In this document: positions 10,486 to 18,492 of the stretch, in pieces
Numbering within the stretch: position 1 is the first letter of the stretch
How the letters are laid out: every line of letters starts with the position of its first letter
Translations under genes and position numbers: made by a program
Notes under the pieces: model-generated
The model's input: the letters and a program-made list of their open reading frames with translations, nothing else
The model's database searches: none
Told to the model about the DNA's origin: nothing
Source of the DNA: an uncultured delta proteobacterium
GTDB taxonomy: Bacteria; Desulfobacterota; BSN033; UBA1163
Direction: 5' to 3'
Length of the DNA stretch: 64,000 nucleotides
Assembly: GCA_963708295.1 (NCBI GenBank)
Contig: CAVPSJ010000004.1
Span: forward strand, 480,001-544,000

Positions 10486-11292
10486 ATGAAGAAGAGATTG
10501 CTGTTTCTTACGGGACTCCTATTGATTGGGATGTGTTTTTTCCCATGGGACGCCGGGGCTGCCTGCCGGAATCCCAATATTGTGAGAAAGGGATATTCCT
10601 TAAGGTCGGCGGCCGCCTCCGGGGGGGTTGAGATCAAATGGTTTGGCCATTCGTTCTTTCAGATCACCTCAAGTCAGGGAACAAAGATTATTACCGATCC
10701 ATTTGGAGCCATGGGCTTTCCGATGCCTGAGGTATGGCCTGATGTGGTCACTGTGGGAAGGGAGCACGGAAACCACAATAACGTGAGCCTTGCCAAAGGG
10801 GCTCCCCTCGTTCTACGGGGGATGAAAGACGGAGGACAAGACTGGAATGAGATCAACCTGCAGTTCCGAGATGTGCTCATTTATAACGTTCCAGTACACC
10901 AGAGAGGGGTCCCAGGATTTCCAGAGGCCCTGAAAGGGTCCGCCTTTGTCTTTGAAGTAGACGGTCTTTGTATCTGCCACTCCGGGGATGTCAGTGAGCC
11001 CTTCAACGAGGATCAGCTTCAGCTTATCGGCCACGTCGACATTTTGCTCCAGACGATCGGAGGAGTCTACACGATTGGGCCGGAAGAGGCAAAAAAGGTA
11101 GTTAAGCAACTAAACCCGAAGATCGTGGTTCCCATGCACTACTGGTACCACATGGGCGTCCTGGAAAGATTCACTGACGGACCTTATCCACCCCGTTTTT
11201 CCAACGCCAATAACTTCACCGTCAGCAAAGACGCTCTTCCTTTCGACACCGAAGTTTATGTTCTGAAGGTCGTGAGAGAGGGCGACCTTTAA
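10486..11292 (+). CDS. Exported MBL-fold Zn-dependent hydrolase
   Basis: GGAGG RBS, signal peptide, WFGHSFF, IITDPF, REHGNHN (variant HxHxDH), HSGD, PMHY. Confidence 0.8.
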   Translation: MKKRLLFLTGLLLIGMCFFPWDAGAACRNPNIVRKGYSLRSAAASGGVEIKWFGHSFFQITSSQGTKIITDPFGAMGFPMPEVWPDVVTVGREHGNHNNVSLAKGAPLVLRGMKDGGQDWNEINLQFRDVLIYNVPVHQRGVPGFPEALKGSAFVFEVDGLCICHSGDVSEPFNEDQLQLIGHVDILLQTIGGVYTIGPEEAKKVVKQLNPKIVVPMHYWYHMGVLERFTDGPYPPRFSNANNFTVSKDALPFDTEVYVLKVVREGDL

Positions 11293-11364
11293 ATCCTTGA
11301 GTGTTTAAACCTGAAGATTGACTTATGCCATTCGTAAACCTGAGAAATTTTCCACCTCCTCCCC

Positions 11365-11912
11365 TCACTCCCTTCTCACCCCAGGAGGCGAGTTCTGGGG
11401 ATTTATTTCTTTTAAAATTTTTGAGAAGAGAACGTCTCTGTTACTCGGTGTGATCTCAAAGAGCTTGACACCCTGCCTTTGCTTTACCTCGGCGATCAGC
11501 CCGCCGCCTTTCAAGGCGATCGTAGCGACCACCCATTTCTCCGAATCCAAGACCCCTTTCATGATTCTATCGAATTGGGTAGACAGACACTCCATGTTAC
11601 CGATCTCATCAACGATGATCATGTCGGCCGAAGGGTCAAAAAATGATATCCCGTCGAGGAAATCCTCAAAACCGCGGACGTCCACTTTGTATCGACCAAC
11701 CCGATAAGGGCTTTTGATATCGACGTGAGAAAGGATTCCTCTTTTCCCTCGAGACTGATGAGCTCGAACCCCTTCCTCATACCTTCTTCTCTTATCTCTG
11801 CCGTATAAAAACCGACCGGGTGAAAATTCTTTAACGCTTCGTAGACTTTCCTCATCAGCGTGGTTTTACCCACACCCGGAAGTCCCGTGATGAGGAGATT
11901 CTTCTTTTCCAA
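11365..11912 (-). CDS. THEP1-type NTPase; frameshift near 11730
   Basis: ITGLPGVGKTT, GFYTAEIREEG in one frame; IIVDEIGNME in the other. Confidence 0.88.
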
Positions 11913-11935
11913 ATCCGTCGGGGCCCTCCTTTCGT

Positions 11936-12736
11936 TTATCTGTCCTCTGCTTCGTCCTCCTCCTTGGAGACGGGAGAGTCAGAAACGGCTTCCCCTGGGA
12001 AGGAGGATTCTTGACTCTCTGTCACCTCTTTATATTCTGGGATAACGATTCCCCTTTGGATCATGATGCTGTATATAAGATTGGACCGGTTGATCACATA
12101 CTGCTGCTCTCCAACCGGCCGGTATGTTCTTGGGTTCGGCAGGGTGGCAGCTAACCTGGCTGCCTCCCCAGGGTCTAACTCGGAGGAAGGTTTTCCGAAA
12201 TAATGTCGCGAGGCGGCTTCTGCACCGAAAATCCCCTCTCCCCACTCGGCCACGTTGAGATAGAGTTCAAGAATTCTTCTTTTGGATAAGGCTTTTTCCA
12301 TTCTCCACGTGATGACAGCTTCGGAGATCTTCCTGGTCAAGGATTTCTCGGGAGAAAGAAATAGATTTCGTGCCAACTGTTGAGTGATGGTGCTTCCGCC
12401 AAACTTGAATTTCTTAGCTTTGAGATCCTTTTCGATCGCCTTCTGAATCGCTTCGTAATCAAACCCCTCGTGGTTCCAGAATTTGTCATCTTCTGCAATG
12501 AGGACAGCCTTGATCAGATAAGGGGATATTTTCGAATAGGGGACCCAACTCTGATCAACCCTGTACTTTCTTCCTTTCTCTCTCAATTTCTTTTCTCGAT
12601 ACTCCATGAGGGCCGTCTTTTTTGGGTTTTCTTTCTTGAGTTTCGAAAGATCGGGCATCAGGAGAAGATAGACCATAGGGAAAAGGATGAAAAAAAAAGA
12701 TAAAATGATGAACCAATGAGTATGACGTTTAAGCAT
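11936..12736 (-). CDS. mtgA: Monofunctional peptidoglycan transglycosylase
   Basis: GT51 motifs AEDDKF, GGSTITQQLARNLF, RKISEA, LELYLNVAEWG. Start placed at MLKRH because the longer ORF runs into the repeat element. Confidence 0.92.
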   Translation of the reverse strand: MLKRHTHWFIILSFFFILFPMVYLLLMPDLSKLKKENPKKTALMEYREKKLREKGRKYRVDQSWVPYSKISPYLIKAVLIAEDDKFWNHEGFDYEAIQKAIEKDLKAKKFKFGGSTITQQLARNLFLSPEKSLTRKISEAVITWRMEKALSKRRILELYLNVAEWGEGIFGAEAASRHYFGKPSSELDPGEAARLAATLPNPRTYRPVGEQQYVINRSNLIYSIMIQRGIVIPEYKEVTESQESSFPGEAVSDSPVSKEEDEAEDR

Positions 12737-12746
12737 TGCTATTGAT

Positions 12747-12913
12747 AAATCCGAAATCCGAATGTCGGGCGAAGCGACCGTCTCGGACCAATCCGAAACA
12801 AATTCAAGATACAAATTTTCAAATTCCAAAAACCTAAGTTATTCTTTCGTTTTGAATTTGATATTTGGGACATTCGGATTTATTTCGAACTTCGGATTTC
12901 GTGCTTCGAATTT
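12747..12913 (-). repeat. Palindromic element copy D (reverse orientation, with a short internal insertion)
   Basis: The minus strand reads TTCGAAGCACGAAATCCGAAGTTCGAAATAAATCCGAATGTCCCAAATATC, nearly identical to the left arm of copy A. Confidence 0.85.
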
Positions 12914-12992
12914 GGGATTCCTTGCGGAGGAAATGGTCTCGAAGAAACCATCCAACCGTATATGCATCTGAGGCGCAACAGGGGCCGGGTAT

Positions 12993-13631
12993 CTATCCCC
13001 GGACAAAGGGATTGTGTCGCCTCTCATGTTGAATGGTCGAGGTGGGTGTGGATCCATAGTCATGGCCCGGGAAGACCACCGTTTCTCCGGGTAAGGCATA
13101 GAGCTTCTCCCGGATAGATGCTTCGAGCACATCCCATGAACTCCCCGGCAAATCAGTTCTTCCCACCGAGCCTACAAAGAGGGTATCCCCTGTAAACACA
13201 CTTCCATCAAGATAGAGGGACATTCCTCCTGCGGAATGACCGGGGGTGTGGATGACCTTCAGCCTAACACGACCCGCCTGGACGACATCCCCTTCCCTGA
13301 CCAGGATATCGGCAGGAGGAGAATTCTTGGCGTTAAACATTTCCAGGAGATAGGACGGGGTTTGAACCAGAGCCGCTGCATCCTCTTCATGGATGATGAT
13401 CTTGGCTCCGGTCTGTCTGGCCATCTCTGCGTTTCCCATGACATGGTCCACATGAGAATGGGTGTTGACGATATATTTAATTTCATTTAGCCCATGAGAT
13501 TTGGCTTCTGCGAGAAGCCTCGTCGTATCATCCGCGGGATCGATGAACAACCCTTCCTGACTCTCCTCATCTCCGATGAGATAGCAGAAGACTCCAAAAT
13601 TTCCCACCGCATATTGTTTGACAATCATCAC
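12993..13631 (-). CDS. MBL-fold hydrolase, glyoxalase II-like
   Basis: THSHVDH, HTPGHS, FTGDTLF...GRTD, PGH. Confidence 0.9.
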   Translation of the reverse strand: MMIVKQYAVGNFGVFCYLIGDEESQEGLFIDPADDTTRLLAEAKSHGLNEIKYIVNTHSHVDHVMGNAEMARQTGAKIIIHEEDAAALVQTPSYLLEMFNAKNSPPADILVREGDVVQAGRVRLKVIHTPGHSAGGMSLYLDGSVFTGDTLFVGSVGRTDLPGSSWDVLEASIREKLYALPGETVVFPGHDYGSTPTSTIQHERRHNPFVRG

Positions 13632-13782
13632 CTTTCTCCCGATCTGAGCGGCTTTTTAAAACTATAAGTGATGAACTTTGAAACTTCAACTTTTTATTTG
13701 ACAGGTGCCTTTCCATCGTTTAATCAAAGAATGGCGGGAAGGCGTCTTGGGGTGTTGAAAAGATCGGCAGGAGTTCGACGGG

Positions 13783-14448
13783 ATGAAACTTGAAAATGAC
13801 CTCTATGTCTACCTTTGGCAAAACGCCTACGAAAATAATTGCAACTCTTATTTGATTCACGGAGAAGTCACGATTCTCATCGATCCGGGTCATTCCCGCC
13901 ACATCCCCAATCTCTTACGTCAGATGGAAGGAGACGGGATCCCTCCGGAAAAGATTGATCTGATCATTTTGACTCATTCTCATCCCGACCATTTCGAGGG
14001 CCTGGAAGCCTTCCTGGATCACCCGGTCAAGGTGGCGATGAACCGAGAAGAAGAGCGTTACCTGAGGGAGAGCGGAAAATTCCTCTTTGAAATGATGCGA
14101 CACCCCTTGCCTCAATTTCGAATTGACTTTTACCTGCAGGAAGGGGAACTCCATTGGGGAGGGGAGACCTTTCATATCTACGAGACCCCGGGTCATTCCC
14201 CTGGCTCTCTTTCGATCCATTGGCCCGAAAGAAAAGTCCTCTTCACCGGTGATCTTGTCTTCTATGAGGGCATCGGCAGGACAGACTTCTTGGAAGGCAA
14301 TCCAAAGTTGATAAAGAAAAGCATCGAGCGGATCTCCGGCTTGGATACAGAGGTCTTGCTCCCCGGCCATGGAGAGATGGTCATGGGGAAGGAAAAGGTA
14401 CTTCTGAACTTCGAATTCATACGACAGCGTTTTTATCCCTACCTATAA
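13783..14448 (+). CDS. MBL-fold hydrolase
   Basis: THSHPDH, TPGHS, FTGDLVF...GRTD, LPGHG. Confidence 0.9.
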   Translation: MKLENDLYVYLWQNAYENNCNSYLIHGEVTILIDPGHSRHIPNLLRQMEGDGIPPEKIDLIILTHSHPDHFEGLEAFLDHPVKVAMNREEERYLRESGKFLFEMMRHPLPQFRIDFYLQEGELHWGGETFHIYETPGHSPGSLSIHWPERKVLFTGDLVFYEGIGRTDFLEGNPKLIKKSIERISGLDTEVLLPGHGEMVMGKEKVLLNFEFIRQRFYPYL

Positions 14449-14634
14449 CCGACTTGTAATAGTTAACGCTCCACTCCTCCCTCGATATACATTCTAAATC
14501 GAAATCTACTGTTTCAATTTGAGATTTCTCTCGGATATCGCTAGCCCCAAAGATTGCCTCAGAATGAAGGCTTGTGGGATCGCTAGCGTGGAATCAACCC
14601 CATAATGTCTGTCAAATGAAGGTAGGTCTCTTAT

Positions 14635-15177
14635 CTATAACCGTCTCAACTGCTCTTTGATCTCGTCCAATTTTATTGAATAAGAGCGATCCAGGGTTTC
14701 ATTTTCTTTTTTCCAGAGCTCGCTCCCTTCGAGTTTGGGTTCCACCGCGCTCCCCCAGATCCCATCTCTTTTCAAGGCCTCTACCAATTGAGCCCCCGTC
14801 TTCTTCTTGATCTCTTCCTTTTCGTTTCGGTATTGGGAAAGCAGGTGGTCTAATCTTTGTTTTGCCTCACCGATACTTTTTCCCTTCAATGATTCGACCC
14901 CTTTCAGGATCCCTTCGTTTTCATCATCCAGAGAAAGTGCGCCAATCCAGTAAGAGAGAAGGGATTCCCTCACCGTAATCGATGTCTTCCTTTCCATCTT
15001 CTCCATCTCCTTCAGAATGTCCTTCAATGAGAGGTTTCCCTCTCGATACCGGTGAAAGAAGCGGGTCGCTTTCTGCAAGACTTCTTTTTGCTTCATCTCA
15101 TCCTTTTCCTTCTCGGAGACGGCAAAACGTTTTGTTCTCTCCATCGCTAATTCTAAGGTGGATTTAATCTCTCCCAT
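14635..15177 (-). CDS. Conserved hypothetical protein (MGEIKSTLELAMERT N-terminus)
   Basis: The N-terminal motif recalls a family common in anaerobes. The upstream MLYALCALR extension is translation of a heptamer repeat. Confidence 0.7.
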   Translation of the reverse strand: MGEIKSTLELAMERTKRFAVSEKEKDEMKQKEVLQKATRFFHRYREGNLSLKDILKEMEKMERKTSITVRESLLSYWIGALSLDDENEGILKGVESLKGKSIGEAKQRLDHLLSQYRNEKEEIKKKTGAQLVEALKRDGIWGSAVEPKLEGSELWKKENETLDRSYSIKLDEIKEQLRRL

Positions 15178-15188
15178 GAACAAACCCC

Positions 15189-15218
15189 GCAGAGCGCATA
15201 GCGCGTAGAGCATAGCGT
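15189..15218. repeat. Short 7-bp tandem repeat (GCAGAGC GCATAGC GCGTAGA GCATAGC)
   Basis: Four degenerate heptamers immediately upstream of the 15177 start. Confidence 0.6.
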
Positions 15219-15280
15219 AAATTCAACCTCAACAAATACATCTTAAACCCCCTGATAGGAATTCAAATTTGAACAAGGAC

Positions 15281-15320
15281 AAAAAGAAACCCCAGGGGAA
15301 TAAACTGGGGTCTCTTTTTT
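15281..15320 (-). terminator. Intrinsic terminator downstream of csp (possibly bidirectional)
   Basis: AAAAAGAAACCCCAG...CTGGGGTCTCTTTTTT. Confidence 0.75.
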
Positions 15321-15337
15321 ACTTAAAGAGTTTCCGC

Positions 15338-15541
15338 TCAGGCCAGAACCGTCACGTCCGTCGCCTGCGGACCTTTGGGTCCTTCTGAAATTTCGAACTC
15401 CACCTCATCGCCTTCGTAAAGGGTTTTGAATCCATCCTTTTTAATGGCGGAGAAGTGAACGAATACGTCACCTCCATCCTCTCTGGAAATGAATCCGTAG
15501 CCTTTCTTCTCGTTGAACCATTTGACACGACCTTTGGCCAC
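15338..15541 (-). CDS. csp: Cold-shock protein
   Basis: [21 protein letters not shown]; GTG start with GGAGG RBS. Confidence 0.95.
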   Translation of the reverse strand: MAKGRVKWFNEKKGYGFISREDGGDVFVHFSAIKKDGFKTLYEGDEVEFEISEGPKGPQATDVTVLA

Positions 15542-15714
15542 TACAACTCACCTCCTCTCTTCTCTCATCTGACGTAAGTTGTAATCGCCTTGGTCTTAAC
15601 AAAAAAGCCACAAAAGCATGGACTCAGACTTTTGTGGCTTCTTTTACGATCCAAACAACTACTCCTTACAACTTACTCTGGCTAGATTATGGGAAATATT
15701 TTTCTAAAAGTCAA
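15541..15714 (-). promoter_or_regulatory. sigma70 promoter and structured csp 5' leader (terminator-like hairpin plus alternative pairings)
   Basis: TTGACT(15714-15709)-17 bp-CATAAT(15691-15686). Hairpin AAGCCACAAAAG/CTTTTGTGGCTT followed by a U-tract. 11-nt segments at 15666-15676, 15574-15584 and 15541-15551. Confidence 0.7.
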
Positions 15715-16034
15715 GCTCTTTCTCACTCTCGGAGAGATTCACCGAGGGAAGGAGTTGACCGAGCCCCCGGCTGAGGAGCAAGAGAGAAAATCGCTATTGG
15801 ACGAAGGACACGAACTGGATCGCAAGAAGCATGCTGAAAAGGCGGGACGCCAAAAACTCCCACCGGAAACTGTGAAAAGGATTGAAAAAGGCGGATAACC
15901 GGAGGAGGAGAAAGAAGAGGCCAAGGCTAGAATCGATTCTATCTATGCTCAAACAGAATTATTCTATAGATGAACAGGGAGCCCAAATGAGGTTATAATT
16001 TATTGAAATCTATACGGAAGTTTTATTTTTTTTC

Positions 16035-16070
16035 TTGACAGAGTAAACATATTGTATTATATTGTATTGT
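16035..16070 (+). promoter_or_regulatory. sigma70 promoter overlapped by a 10-bp direct repeat
   Basis: TTGACA(16035-40)-17 bp-TATATT(16058-63); ATATTGTATT twice at 16049-16068. Confidence 0.7.
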
Positions 16071-16093
16071 AAATTTGGCTGGAGGGGATCTGT

Positions 16094-16276
16094 TTGCCAG
16101 AGAAGAAGATCGCCCGTACGATCTACATTAAAGACGTGCAATTGGAGGCTTTGAAGAGACTATCCGAGAAGACCAAAGTCCCCCAGTCTGTCTATGTCAG
16201 GGAGGCCTTGGATATGCTATTGGAGAAATATTCGGAACAGTTGAAATTTGAATTCAAAGAATATTTCAAAGGATAA
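16094..16276 (+). CDS. Ribbon-helix-helix protein, CdbA/CdbB-like
   Basis: KKIARTIYI...QLEALKRLSEKTKVPQSVYVREALDMLLEKY resembles myxobacterial CdbA as recalled (KK-x-x-T-IYI...LK-x-L...TKVP...Y-x-R...D-x-x-LEKY). GGAGG RBS, TTG start. Confidence 0.8.
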   Translation: MPEKKIARTIYIKDVQLEALKRLSEKTKVPQSVYVREALDMLLEKYSEQLKFEFKEYFKG

Positions 16277-16318
16277 TTCTCTTAAGGCATCTCAAGGCAT
16301 GGAAGGAATGATAACAGA

Positions 16319-17056
16319 GTGGATTGTTTCCGATTGGCTTATTTGAAATCGCCAGGGTTAGAAAAGGGCTTTGAAGAGTCTTTCCCGTCCGATACCAACG
16401 GGAAAGTTGCGAGTTCCTCCATCCCTCCTTCGGGAGATCAGATCCCCGTGACCCTCTCTTCTGAAGCCGTTCTGAGGCAGGCCAAGATTGATCTGAAGCA
16501 CCCCGATCGGCAGGTGAGAATCTTGGCGACAAGATATTATTTGGAAAAATCCTATCCCTCCATCCCTCTGTCTCTCCTCCAGGAAATTTTGTCTGACCGA
16601 GATCCAGATGTCAGATCTCAAGCCCTTCGTTCTCTTATTAAATTTCGGAGCCCCATCGTCCCCCCTTTGCTGCGAAAATATCTTAAGGATAGCGACCCGT
16701 GGGTCAGGATCGCCGCCCTCCGAGGAATGTTTCAATTTCAGGAGAAGATCGACCTGAACATCTTTCTGCGATTCTTGAGCGATGACTCTACCTGGGTGAG
16801 GCGGAAGGTGGCCACCTTATTGGGATGGGCTCAAATAGAGGGTGCCCTACCGATCCTGAAGGAGTTGTCAAGGGATGCCCATTCCATGGTGAGAAGAGCA
16901 GCCCTTTTTTCCCTGGCAACCCTTTATCCCGACGAGAGTGAGAATCTCTTGATGGAGGCCATGACCGATCCAGACCCGGAACTTCGAAAGTGGGCCAAAA
17001 CGACGTTAGAGAAAACATTGACCAGGCCGTCTAAAAGGAAGGACGGCTTCTCTTAA
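16319..17056 (+). CDS. HEAT-repeat protein, putative minimal PomY
   Basis: About 6 L-x-D-x-D-x-x-VR-x-x-A HEAT units; it occupies the pomY position upstream of pomZ. The 5' end is uncertain (a possible frameshifted start at ~16298-16310). Confidence 0.65.
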   Translation: MDCFRLAYLKSPGLEKGFEESFPSDTNGKVASSSIPPSGDQIPVTLSSEAVLRQAKIDLKHPDRQVRILATRYYLEKSYPSIPLSLLQEILSDRDPDVRSQALRSLIKFRSPIVPPLLRKYLKDSDPWVRIAALRGMFQFQEKIDLNIFLRFLSDDSTWVRRKVATLLGWAQIEGALPILKELSRDAHSMVRRAALFSLATLYPDESENLLMEAMTDPDPELRKWAKTTLEKTLTRPSKRKDGFS

Positions 17057-17079
17057 GAACCGAGGTTGAGACGAAAAAA

Positions 17080-18096
17080 GTGCCGATGACAGCCCAATCG
17101 CTGCCTCTGATTCAAAAAGCAGAGATCTTGAGAGATACCGTCTACTCGCCGACGGCTTTTGCCAACCTCCTTGGGATTTCGAAACATGAGCTCCTTGAGA
17201 AAGAGTCGGAAGGAATCCTCCCTGCTGCAAAGAGGAATTTGAATCGGGACCGCTACTATAAGCCGGAAGATGTCACCCGATATAGAAACGCCCTGGGGCT
17301 TGACTCTCCCATCAAGTCCATACGAAAGCAGCTCTTTCTCAACTTCAAGGGGGGAACAGGGAAGAGCACCATATCCGCCTCCTACGGTTTTCGCCTTGCC
17401 CAGATGGGAGTTCGAACACTGTTGATCGATTTGGATCCACAAGGCCACCTCACCCAATGCCTGGGCCTCAATAGTCAACAATTTTCAAAAACCCTGTTCA
17501 GTGCCTTGATCGAGAAGGAAGAGATTGAAAAAATTATCGTCAAAACAGACCTCCCCACATTGGATGTCATCCCCTCGAACCTCAACCTCTCACCCGTGGA
17601 ACTCTCGCTCTTCTCCATGAATTCGAGAGAGTTTCGATTGAGGAGGCTTATCTCTTCTCTGGAGAAGAACTACGAGCTGATTGTGATGGACGCCTCCCCC
17701 AGCATTGGACTCTTAAACCTGAATGCGATCCTTGCCTCGAATGATCTCATCATTCCCGTCCTAGCCGATTTCCTTTCCTATCACGGTCTCAAGATCCTTT
17801 TCGAGACCCTCTCCACGATCGAAGAGGACTTCTCTTTTGTCTTTGAGAATATTTTCATCTTCCTGAATCGTTACAATGAATCCCATCGAATCTGCAAACG
17901 TTCGAAGAAGGCCCTGGAAACCCACTATGAGCAGTATCTCCTCAACACGGTGATCCGGCAGGATACAAAGATTGCTGAGGCTACGAGTCAAGGGACCCCG
18001 ATTTTTCTTTTCGCTCAATCGTCAAAGGGGGCGGTGGATATCCAGAGCCTGATTGAGGAAATATTAGCTTTGAAAGGAGTAGATCATGTCGGATGA
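17080..18096 (+). CDS. pomZ: ParA/MinD-family ATPase with N-terminal MerR-like HTH, PomZ-like
   Basis: RKQLFLNFKGGTGK, LIDLDPQGH-x-T-x-CLG, GLLNLNA, PVLADFLSYHGLKILFET, IRQDTK, SSKGA-x-DIQ. These subfamily-specific blocks match M. xanthus PomZ as recalled. Confidence 0.85.
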   Translation: MPMTAQSLPLIQKAEILRDTVYSPTAFANLLGISKHELLEKESEGILPAAKRNLNRDRYYKPEDVTRYRNALGLDSPIKSIRKQLFLNFKGGTGKSTISASYGFRLAQMGVRTLLIDLDPQGHLTQCLGLNSQQFSKTLFSALIEKEEIEKIIVKTDLPTLDVIPSNLNLSPVELSLFSMNSREFRLRRLISSLEKNYELIVMDASPSIGLLNLNAILASNDLIIPVLADFLSYHGLKILFETLSTIEEDFSFVFENIFIFLNRYNESHRICKRSKKALETHYEQYLLNTVIRQDTKIAEATSQGTPIFLFAQSSKGAVDIQSLIEEILALKGVDHVG

Positions 18097-18418
18097 ATTT
18101 ACCAACAACGTCGCACAAAAATTTCCCAACACGCTAAGTAAAGAGCCTATCGAAAGGCCATGGGATGTTTCGGAACCCAAGTCTATCTCCCCTCTGAGGA
18201 AGCCTATGGAAGAGTCCAAAAAGAATGATTTAGCAGAGCGCGTCGATATGCTCTATTCTGAGCTTCGTTCCTCGTTGACGGTTCGATCCGCCCTGGAATT
18301 CGACCTAAAGAAGGCCAACCGCATTCTGGAAGAAGTCAACCGGGTTAAAGCGGAAGTGGAAAAGGTCGTAGAAATGTTAAGGGTGATGGATGAATACATG
18401 AAAGAACGGATGAAGTAA
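18086..18418 (+). CDS. Short PomX-like coiled-coil paralog
   Basis: Shares F-x-x-NVAQK-x-P and ALE-x-DL blocks with the 18493 ORF. AGGAG RBS; overlaps the end of pomZ. Confidence 0.7.
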   Translation: MSDEFTNNVAQKFPNTLSKEPIERPWDVSEPKSISPLRKPMEESKKNDLAERVDMLYSELRSSLTVRSALEFDLKKANRILEEVNRVKAEVEKVVEMLRVMDEYMKERMK

Positions 18419-18492
18419 TCTCCTTCCCGATCTTTCTCAAGGGCTGAAAATGGAAAGAGGAGGAAGGGCCAAGCGGTTGAGGAGGAAAACGG

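Noticed and set aside
15689-15924. ORFs 15689-15898 (+) and 15739-15924 (-)
   Set aside because: No RBS or motifs, and the plus-strand ORF overlaps the csp promoter; a remnant cannot be excluded.
17080-18096. Plasmid or prophage type Ia ParA partition cassette
   Set aside because: No ParB, replication or phage genes; housekeeping flanks; PomZ-specific motifs and Pom-like neighbours.
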